From: Octopus bimaculoides
Taxonomy: Eukaryota
Direction of reading: 5' to 3'
Assembly: GCF_001194135.2 (NCBI RefSeq)
Contig: NC_068989.1
Coordinates: 56,446,231-56,490,431, forward strand
DNA length: 44,201 bases
Shown here: piece by piece, positions 35,083 through 44,201 of the stretch
How positions within the stretch are numbered: position 1 is the stretch's first letter
Layout of the letters: each line of letters begins with the position of its first letter
Notes under the pieces: generated by a model
Database searches by the model: none
What the model saw: only the letters and a program-made list of their open reading frames with translations
Told to the model about the DNA's origin: nothing
Translations under genes and position numbers: made by a program

Positions 35083-35278
35083 GGGGGTCTTTTATATAGA
35101 TATATAAATAAACAGATAGACACAAATAATGCACATGAAAATAGACATACTAGCAGAAATATAGATACACTCACACATATAGTGGAATACATCTTTTAAT
35201 AATGCGCTGCTTTGCAATACCCTGTTTTAATAAGCTTTTAATAATGATGTATCGCAAAGCGAATTGCTTTCAAATTTT

Positions 35279-35884
35279 GGCACAAGGCCAGTACAAGGAA
35301 GGTGGGTAAGTCGATTACATTGACCCCAGTGATGAACTCATACTTATTTCAATAACCCTTAAAGGACAAAAGGTAAAGTCGGTTCCAGTGGAATTTGAAC
35401 TCAGAACATAAAGTTGAAAGAAATGCTGCTCAGCATTTTACCTGGTGTGTTAACAATTCTGCCAGTTCACCATGTAAAATTCAGCTATAAATATTAGCTT
35501 ATGATATATTATTTTCTACTCTAGGTACAAGGCCCCCCAATTTTTTTTTGGGGGGGGGGGCAGTTGATTAAATTGACCCAGTAGGCAACTGGTACTTAAT
35601 TTATCAACCCCAAAAGGATGAAGAGTGAAGTCGACCTCTGTGTTATTTGAACTCAGAACGTACGGACAGACGAAATTCCGCTAAGCATTTCGCCTGGCGT
35701 GCTAACGTTTCTGCCAAACTCGCCACCTTTAGCTTATAATACCATCAGAAATACTGGTATCAAATTTAGCACATAGTCAGCAAATTTGGAGGAAGGGCCA
35801 AGTTGATTACATCGACCCCAAGTGCTCAACTGGTACTTATTTTATCAACCTGGAAAGGATGAAAGACAAAGTTGACCTTGGCAG
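35279..35884 (-). mobile_element. Three head-to-tail S2 SINE copies
   Basis: Units about 35279-35474, 35523-35729 and 35768-35884 (partial); TTAGCTTAT at 35494 and 35729 flanks the middle copy. Confidence 0.85.
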
Positions 35885-36057
35885 TAAGTCATCTGAAATA
35901 TTACCTTACTTGGAAACAGATGAGAATTGGCAACAGGGAAGGTGTCCCACAGTAGAAAAGCAAGACAAATTCTGTTTGACCCATGCAAGCATGGAAAAGT
36001 GGACATTAAAACAATGATGACAGCAATGATAATGATAATGAAAGAAACTCCTTTCAT

Positions 36058-36286
36058 TTAACCCTTTAGCATTCAGATTTCTCTGTCATATGCAAGATTT
36101 GTTTATTCACATTGTTTTGAAGTAATTTAGCATTATCTTCTAGCTTTGAATTTCACTGATGTGATTGCTTATTTTTAGAATAGATTTATCAAATAGGTAT
36201 GAGATGCTGGATCCTGTCAGTTTGAATGTAAAACAAGTAGAATATTTTGGGCCAGATATGGCTGGTTTAAATGCTAAAAAGTTGAA
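36058..36286. mobile_element. MITE family A copy 4
   Basis: TTAACCCTTTAGCATT left TIR; degenerate right TIR. Confidence 0.8.
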
Positions 36287-36498
36287 GTCAATTCAAGGAC
36301 AGTGTTTTGTTCTTTCAGTCATCTAGTAATAATTACAAAGCACAACTAACTATCAATTGCAGGTGTGTATTGCAACTCAAGGCCAATATACAAAAACAAA
36401 AAAGAACATGACGTTGGGATCATCATCATCGTTTAACGTCCGCTTTCTATGCTAGCGGGATACTGGAAGATAATCTAATAAAAATGTGCAGATTAGTG

Positions 36499-36652
36499 TG
36501 GGCATGATTGTGTGGTAAGAAGTTTGCTTCCCAACCACATGGTTCCAGGTTCAGTTTCACAGCATGGCATCTTGGACAAGTGTCTTCTACTATAGCTTCA
36601 GGCTAACCAAAGCCTTATGAGTAGACGGAAACTGAAAGAAGCTCATTGTATA

Positions 36653-36688
<36 letters not shown>

Positions 36689-36900
36689 TTTGTGTATGTG
36701 TTTGTCCCCCACCACCACTTGACAACTAGTGTTGGTGTGTTTATGTTCCCACTACTAAGCAAAAGAGATCAATTGAATAAGTACTAGGCTTTACAAAAAA
36801 AAATAAAATAAAATAATAAGCACTGGTGTTTGATTCATTCAATAAAAAGTCTTCAAAGTGGTGCCCCAACATGGTCGCAGTCTAATGACTGAAACAAAAA
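36499..36900 (+). mobile_element. SINE family S1, full length
   Basis: tRNA-like head, (TG)n core, gtgccccaacatggtcgcagtctaatgactgaaac plus A-rich tail. Confidence 0.85.
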
Positions 36901-36936
36901 AAAAAACAAAATAGAACAAAAAAAGAAAAAAAATAC

Positions 36937-37107
36937 CCTGATAATTTCCAACTGAGATGTAAGTGATCTCAACTGTTGCTCTTTTTCCGAGAAGACTCGA
37001 TCCAATTCACTTGTCTCCGACTGTATCTTCTTATATTTCTCTTTCTCTTCTGCATAGGATTCTTTGTGCTTTGATAAGCTGCTAGTTATCTTTTTATACT
37101 CTTCTTC
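36937..37107 (-). CDS. SMC6: SMC6 exon (EEEYKKITSS...LTSQLEIIR), coiled coil
   Basis: 171 nt open frame, ttttacag and gtattt; E/K-rich heptad composition; phase 0/0. Confidence 0.9.
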
Positions 37108-37355
37108 CTGTAAAACAATGAGAGGTTAAAAAAAAAAAAAAATTAACAACCACTTCTTTAAAATGGAAATGATACACACACACACACACACACAAGAACG
37201 AAACAAAAATACAGTGATATGATGCACCTACAATGTGCTAAAGATTAAAGATGTCTACTTTTTTATCAGTTTATTTTGCCACCACATAAAAAAGCAGTTT
37301 CTCAGCTGAGCAAGGGTATTTGGAACAGAGAAATTTCAGCATTATTATGCAGATT

Positions 37356-37566
37356 TTAATCCTTTAGCATTAATCTATCAAATGTAATGCTAATCTGTTC
37401 ACATTGTTTTGAATTAATCATGCATTATCTCGTAGTTTTGAGATTTCAAAGATGCGATTGTTTACTTTTGTAGAGTAGGTGCGAGAAGCCACATTTGGCT
37501 GGTTTGAACACAAAACAGGAAGAATATTTAGGCCTTATATGGCTAGCTTAAATTCTAAAGGGTTCA
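37356..37566. mobile_element. MITE family A copy 5
   Basis: TTAATCCTTTAGCATT ... AATTCTAAAGGGTTCA. Confidence 0.8.
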
Positions 37567-37603
37567 ATGTTAATAAGAAAAAGAAAAAAAAGTTTCAACT
37601 TAC

Positions 37604-37660
37604 AAGAGCCATCACATCAATAGGTTCAATGTCATCTAATATCTGCAATTCTTCAATTTC
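37604..37660 (-). CDS. SMC6: SMC6 exon (EIEELQILDDIEPIDVMAL)
   Basis: 57 nt, cttacttccag and gtaagt; aligns to EIRELENIEEHQSVDIATL. Confidence 0.92.
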
Positions 37661-37899
37661 CTGGAAGTAAGAAATAATTTTCTCGTTGAATCTATATATT
37701 TATTGAGTAAAATATATCAGAAACTAGTTGCATTGCATCATTAATCCATGTTTGCTACTTGAAGCATAATAAGAGTGACTGGTGTCAGCATAAGAATAAT
37801 ATGGCTGAGATGTACCATTAGTCCTGTCTTGCTGAAGACTTGAGAACCTTGCTAATACAAGTGCCATGGAAAATGTACCCACTGTAAAAGTGTCTGTGA

Positions 37900-38100
37900 T
37901 TGCCCTGCCCCATCACCACTTGACAACCAGTGTTGGTGTGTTTGTGTCCTTGTAACTTAGCAGTTCGGGAAAAGAGGCCGATAGAATAAGTACTAGGCTT
38001 TAAAAGAAGTCTTGGGGTTGATTTGTTTGATTAAAACCATTCAAGGCAGTGCTCCTGCATGACCACAATCAACTGACTGAAACAAGTAAAAGAATAAGAG
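37900..38100 (+). mobile_element. SINE family S1 3' half
   Basis: cacttgacaaccagtgttggtgtgttt...gactgaaacaagtaaaagaataaga. Confidence 0.8.
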
Positions 38101-38673
38101 AATATCTTTAACTAATCCACACACACACACACACACACATTATCATTTTTATGTCTAGTATGGGTCAAACTTTTTCCATGCTAGCATGAGTCAGTTAAGA
38201 CTTCTTGAAACAGTATTCCACAGCCAGATGTCCTTTCTGATGCCAACTCTCACTTGTTTTTTGAGTACAGTATTTTATTCCACTGGATCTTACATTTTGA
38301 GACTACTGAGTTGTGGGATGTATTGCTTATGCAGGACTGAGAAAACAGCATCATTGCCCAAGCAGTGTCACTGTGAAAACATAGAGACAAAACACAAAGA
38401 TGGGCTACTTCTGCACGGCTTCCATCCACCAAATTTCACTCACAAATCAACTTAAGGCTAAAGTAAAAACACTTGTCTCAGGTGACACACAATGAGGTTG
38501 AACCTAAAACTATGCAACTTTTTAACCACATAATCATTCTTGTGCCTTATGTACCTATGTATGTACATGCACACACACACACACATATTCCTGATGAATT
38601 TTTCAGTGCTTCTGTATACTTAATTTCATTAGCAAAGTATTGGACAACTTGGTTCAAAAGAAAAATTACTTAC

Positions 38674-38943
38674 TAGATTTAACTTGCGTAAAGCACCACA
38701 AAGTTTTTTAATCTCATTTGAAGCTTTTCTTTCTTCTTGAAGTTTAGAATTCATCAAAGAACATATGTTGCTCATGCGTTCTTGCATAAAGCTTTGCTCG
38801 TCTAGCTTTGATTTTAATTGATTTTCACAATTTGTAATAACATCTCCCATATTTGCTGATAGATACTGGGAATGATTACTGTTACTTGAATAATAACGAT
38901 AGTTGGGTTCAGGAAATATTTGGTCACCTTCTAATGTGAATGC
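38674..38943 (-). CDS. SMC6: SMC6 exon (AFTLEGDQIFPEPNYRYYSS...LRKLNL), hinge end and start of coiled coil
   Basis: 270 nt, tttattttttcag and gtaagt; AFTxxGDQxF...RYYSS is the SMC6 hinge C-terminal motif; overlaps ORF 38629..38850. Confidence 0.95.
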
Positions 38944-39940
38944 CTGAAAAAATAAATGGCTCCCATGTTATTTAATATATAAAATCCAACAAAAATGAGA
39001 ACAAAACTGATAAAGAATACAACAGAATATTTAAAATGATGTTTTTTTTTTTTGCATTTCAAAGATATGACATCTATGGACAAGTTAAAAAAAGGAAAGC
39101 AGTGTTTTTTAAATAAAAGGAACAGAAACAGAATGAAGCTTATTTCTTATTTTCAAAACAGGCAAGAAATCAAAGTTATTCTCTAATTACTTTCACCCAA
39201 CAAAACAGCTGATTCTCAAGATATCTCTTTCATTACCCTCAAACAATATTCTCTCAAGCTATCTCTTCTCATCTAATTCTTTTTCTTTCAGCAAAGATTT
39301 ATACCAATCATTGACACTTGGTATTGCATCTTCTTCCCAAAGACAGCAACATCTCTCAGCCTACCAACAACTTTTGATTTCCCTTACTTTGAGCTTGTCA
39401 AAGGTGATATAGAATGAATTTCCTTACTCTTTCAATCACTACCATTATGGCTTCTGTAGTGTTAGATCTACTAAAGACGTGCTTCCCTATGTCACTATCC
39501 AGGAATCTTTCACCTTTGATATCTTTACCAAAAGAGATATCATTACTTTTGATGACATTGATTGCACAGCCAACCTTGTCTGATACAAGTTAAATTATTC
39601 ACCTATGAGCTCCTAACATTTCTTACCCCTTGGATCGGATTTTCCTATCCAATATTACACTTGTCTTCCAAATGCAGTCCTATTCAGATGATACTGTCTT
39701 TCACTCCTCCAAAAATCTTAGGCTGCATTCAAATGGATGTCGTCCATCCCACTGATGGAAACTCATACAGCAACATTAAAACCACTGTTTCTCTGACCTG
39801 CCTTTTACACTACCACAAAAGCTTTTTCTCTTCTGAACCAGAGAAGTAAAACCATCCATACAACCTCCAACTTACCCAACTCTACACAGCAACCTTACCT
39901 CTTCTCATCATCAACACTGTGATCACTCTCCAAACTCACA

Positions 39941-40166
39941 TGAATCCTTTTGATACCAACCTGTTGGGACTGCCCCTAGCTCTACAATACTGGCTTATGG
40001 TTTAAAATGATCTAAATTTAAACCTTCCATCAAAATTTTATGTTAATTTATGTTGCAAATACTAGTTTAATAGTGATAAAGTTATTTTACTAAATTCTTC
40101 ATTATTTTCAAAATTAATTAAAACAATGGTAGTGTATTTGAACAGAAACAGTAACAAAAGGATTAT
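39941..40166. mobile_element. MITE family B copy 2
   Basis: Reverse-complement homologue of 12783-13013 with decayed ends. Confidence 0.7.
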
Positions 40167-40365
40167 CCACATATTCCAAGCTTTCTGCATTTCTTTATCT
40201 CACAAATTAATAAAATTAAAGACATAATAAGGATAGAAGAACAGAGAACATTTAAGACAAAACTGTTCTTATACAATTTTTCAATTATTTCAGCTATCCA
40301 TGTCATAGATTTATATTATAAATATGAAGAGGTACAGCAATATTTATATTTATATTATAAAAGTG

Positions 40366-41495
40366 AAGAGGTGCAGCAATATCAGAGGAAAATGGTTTTT
40401 GTGTGTGGAAGGTGCACAGGTACAATTAACACTAAAAATGTAGAGAAAATAGACTTCATCAAATGCCAGTGGGGAAAACTAGTAGTTGATAGATTCTTTA
40501 CTCTGAGAGTACAGCTGCTACAATAAGAATAGATGGGCAAAGTTCAGAGAGCTCCTGCCTCTGCTGGTAACAAAGGGCCTCTCTCTCAGAGTGAAAGCAG
40601 ATTGTACGAGGCCTGTATGCAAACAGCCATACTACACAGCAGTGAAACATGGGCTGTGACCAATGAGGATATGCGTAGCTTTGTAAAAAATGAAGCTAGT
40701 ATGCTTCGCTGGATGTGTAATCTCAGTGTGCATGCACAACAGAATGTAAGCATCTTGAGAGAAAAGTTGGGTATAAGAGGCATCAGATGTGGTGTGCAAG
40801 AGAGATGACTGCGCTGGTATGATCATGTGATGCCTATGGACAAGGATAACTGTGTGACAAAGTGCTGCACTCAAACGATGGAGGGAACCTGTGGAAGAGG
40901 TAGACCCAGGAAGACATGATCTTCGAATGTTGGGCTTCAGGGAAGAAATGACCAAGTGACCGAGACCTTCGGTGATATGCTGTACTTGAGAAGACCCATT
41001 AAGTCAAATGAAATCATAGTCGTGGCCAATGCCAGCGTTGCATAACGGGCACATAAAAAGCACCCTTCGAATGTTGGGCGATATGCTGTGCTTGAAAAGA
41101 CCTGACAAACCAAGTGAAATTGTCATCATGGCCAATGCCAGTGCTGTGTAACTGGTACCCATGCCAGTGGCATGTAAAAAGCACTGTTTGAATGTTGGGC
41201 CTCACGGAGGCAGTGACAGGTGACTGAAACCTTTAGTGATATACTGTGCTTGAGAAGTCCTGTCAAACCAAGTGAGATCATAGTCGTGGCTGATGCTGGT
41301 GTCACATAACTGGCACCAGTGCTGGTGGCATGTAAAAAGCATCCACTAAACTCTCTGAATGGTTGGCATTAGGAAAGGCATCCAGCTGTAGAAACCATGC
41401 CAAATCAGATTGGAACCTGGTGTAGCTTCCCGGCTTACCAGTTCTCAGTCAAACCGTCCAACCCATGAAAAACGGATGTTGATGATGATAATGAT
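40366..41495 (+). mobile_element. RTE-clade LINE 3' portion
   Basis: KRCSNIRG, VCGRCTG, RLYEACMQTAILHSSETWAVT, three 3' UTR tandem units, (GAT)n end. Confidence 0.92.
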
Positions 41496-41951
41496 ATTAA
41501 TAACATACATTTCACATATGTGTATAATACATGTCAAATGTATATTATACATGTGTGTAGATGACAGGAAAGGCATCAAGCTGTAAAAGACTGCTTCAAA
41601 TATGTATCCATCAAACCCATACCAGTGTGGAAATATGGACATAAAATATTCAAATATCATATATGTATATTATGAAAAAAGACATAATACACATGTCACA
41701 TATGGTATAATAAAAATGTTAACTAAACATCCTAATCTAAAATATACTATGTTTTGTCTCTTTAATTATTTTCATTGAAATGTTTCAACTGACAAAATCT
41801 AGGGGATTTTCTTGTCAATAAGCTAATAGTTACAGTATTTTTACTGACAATGTTTAACAGACACAAGAGCAGAGTGTTCCATAATATGAACCAACAAACT
41901 TTAGTTATAAATGCTGGAATGGAAAGCTGGGAGAAAGAAAGGAAAACTTAC

Positions 41952-42038
41952 TTCTTTTATAAACTGTAATGAATGTCTTCTCATAAACTTTCTGGCCTCA
42001 GTAGCATCTTCAATTAAAATAATATTTTCTATTGTTCG
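41952..42038 (-). CDS. SMC6: SMC6 exon (RTIENIILIEDATEARKFMRRHSLQFIKE), hinge
   Basis: 87 nt, cttatttttcag and gtaagt; matches RGIETVLLIKNNSVARAVM; in frame with both neighbours. Confidence 0.92.
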
Positions 42039-42313
42039 CTGAAAAATAAGAGAATTTTAATGACATTTAGTGAAATTAAATAAGTGTTACTTAAGTATCT
42101 TAAAACTTTAGTGATTTTGAAGTTAATGGGTTTTGCTAATAACATAATATTATATGAGATGCAATGTAATGTTGTCAGTGACCAAGTTGCAGATTCAAAT
42201 AACAAAAATTTTTGACACCACATAACAAATAATACATGATGCTGCAATCATATTATTATTATAGTGGGATGTAAACTCATCTTGCTGGAACCATGTGTGA
42301 GGTCTACTTTGAA

Positions 42314-42551
42314 TGGCCTTCACATTCACCAGACTTGACTAGCTCGGATTTTTTTCTGGTGGAGATACCTGAAAGAGGGGGCTTATGTCAACAAACTGGA
42401 GACCCTGGTGCAACTGAAGGAGAACATCAATAGAGAAATAAGAGAAGTCGGGTCTGAAACTTTTGAGGATGTTGTGGAGCAAGTTTTAGAAAGAGTACGG
42501 GCATGTGAAGCCAAAAATGGCTGCCATTTAAGTGATGTATTTTTCATGTGA
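42314..42551 (+). pseudogene. Tc1/mariner transposase C-terminal fragment
   Basis: WPSHSPDLTSSDFFL, +1 frameshift, WRYLKEGAYVNK...LKENINREI...ACEAKNGCHLSDVFFM*; WPxxSPDL is the catalytic-domain motif. Confidence 0.88.
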
Positions 42552-42710
42552 TGTAATGGTGTTGCAAAATTTTGACTTGTGCATATTAATTTCCATTATG
42601 TCCTTTATATTGTATCAAAATTTCATACTATATCTGATTCCTCTCCTATCCAGTGAGTAGTTTTTGTTCATTTTGTGATATTAAAACAATCAGAGATGAA
42701 AATTAATTAC

Positions 42711-42794
42711 CTGATCAATTAGACAGTTGCCAACAACAGCCTTCTTTATATCCAGCATGTCCAAGATAGTTGGATAGGGACAATTTTTGGGTGT
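42711..42794 (-). CDS. SMC6: SMC6 exon (TPKNCPYPTILDMLDIKKAVVGNCLIDQ), hinge
   Basis: 84 nt, ttttcag acceptor and gtaatt donor; matches SMC6 hinge motif [21 protein letters not shown]. Confidence 0.92.
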
Positions 42795-43525
42795 CTGAAA
42801 ATATTGATACAAGTTACATAAAAATTTTGATGTACAATGACAAAGTATTAAAAAAGGGAGAAAAACTGAAACTCTTTTCTGAATACATTTCCAGTTGAAT
42901 ATATTTATATATTTTCCTTACATTGTTTGACAATGACACAAGGGCAATAGGGTTAATAATCCGGGCAACTCACCCACAAGGCTGGCTGTCCAGTTCCTTA
43001 CTTCTACTGTAAGTTTTGGAACTCTCCAGTTTATTTACCATTGTCACAGAAAGAGACATACAATTCTGTTCACTTTAATTAATGTTTTAGCATTAACACA
43101 ATGAATGGAGTATTAAAAAGCCAACAAGAGCATACTGCATAATATAATTTTTAATAATTTCAACAAATACGAGACATAACTCTGGACATGTTTCTGACTT
43201 GTTAAGCCTCTTCAGTGAACTATAAATTTTATTGCATTTGCCTTAGCTGTTATACATTATAATATGATGATGATAAATGTTTGTATATCGTTATCATCAT
43301 TGCTTTAACATCCACATTTTCATGCCCACATACCTGAACAGACAATCATGATCAAAGGCATTTTACCTATGACTACTCCATCTTTTTGGAGAGTACCTAC
43401 AACTAAATTGTGTGCCTTTCTTTCTCTCTCTCTCTCTCTTTTTTTTTCTTAAAGATAGTAGGGTGTGATATGAGGGTGTTTCAATCACTATTTAAGGAAG
43501 AGAAAAATGTTGGTTTTTTACTTAC

Positions 43526-43552
43526 ATTCTTAGAAACATCATAAAGATGTGA
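43526..43552 (-). CDS. SMC6: SMC6 internal micro-exon (SHLYDVSKN), hinge region
   Basis: 27 nt between ttttatttttctttcag and gtaagt; phase 0/0; joins the next exon as YDVSKN-TPKNCPYPTIL, matching remembered vertebrate SMC6 YDVRHRAAYHPDFPTVL. Confidence 0.8.
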
Positions 43553-43676
43553 CTGAAAGAAAAATAAAATACGGTGAGTAAATAGCAAGTGAGATAATAA
43601 TAATGATTAATTTATTTATTTAAGAGTGATTTCTACTACTACTGCTACAACAACAACAACAACAGTTTTAAATTTT

Positions 43677-44102
43677 GGCACTAGGCTAAAAATTTCAGGG
43701 GAGAGATGACATCAATTACATCAAACCCAGTGCTCAACTGCTACTTATATTATTGACCCCAAAAGGGTGGAAGGCAAAGGTGACCTCAGCAGAATCTGAA
43801 CTCAGGACGTTAAGAGAGATGAAATACCACTATGCATTTTACCTGGCATGCTAACAGTTCCGATAGTTCACCACCTTAGTAATAATAATAATCATCCTTT
43901 CTACTTCAGGCACAAAGCCTGAAATTTGGAGGAGGGTGCCAGTCGATTACATTGACCTAAGTGCTCAACTGGTACTTATTTCATTGGCCTCAAAAGGATG
44001 AAAGGCAAAGTCAACCTTGGTGGAATTTGAACTCATAATGTAAGGACAGACGAAATCCACTAAGCATTTTGTCCAGCATGCTAATGATTCTGCCAGCTTG
44101 CC
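43677..44102 (-). mobile_element. Two head-to-tail S2 SINE copies
   Basis: Units about 43677-43877 and 43896-44102, separated by (AAT)n. Confidence 0.88.
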
Positions 44103-44103
44103 A

Positions 44104-44201
<98 letters not shown>
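44104..44201. repeat. (AAT)n microsatellite running off the window end
   Basis: Direct reading, about 32 units. Confidence 0.98.

Noticed and set aside
36499-36580. tRNA genes at SINE heads
   Set aside because: Only degenerate A/B-box-like heads fused to SINE bodies; no complete cloverleaf seen.

Overview
AT-rich, repeat-dense animal DNA; the repeat landscape looks like an octopod cephalopod (inference, not checked). The window holds the 3' half of an SMC6 gene on the minus strand. Ten GT-AG exons (43552 to 22695) splice into one uninterrupted 1212-nt frame (404 aa, hinge plus C-terminal coiled coil), and a probable terminal exon lies at 5151-5040 with AATAAA signals behind it. I could not find the exon(s) for the ABC signature (LSGGERS) and Walker B/D-loop (LDEFDVxMD) in the 17.5-kb interval where they belong; a 10-N gap at 5344-5353 lies inside that interval. 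The rest is intronic or flanking mobile-element debris: a Penelope-like element with inverted terminal repeats carrying hammerhead-like cores, three long RTE-clade LINE copies whose ORF2 contains a PHD-type C4HC3 finger, many RTE 3' tails, tRNA-headed SINEs, Tc1/mariner and hAT fragments, TTAA-ended MITEs, Helitron-like elements, a 26-bp minisatellite, microsatellites and three N gaps. No prokaryotic features and no CRISPR array. Family assignments come from remembered motifs, not database searches; repeat boundaries are approximate.
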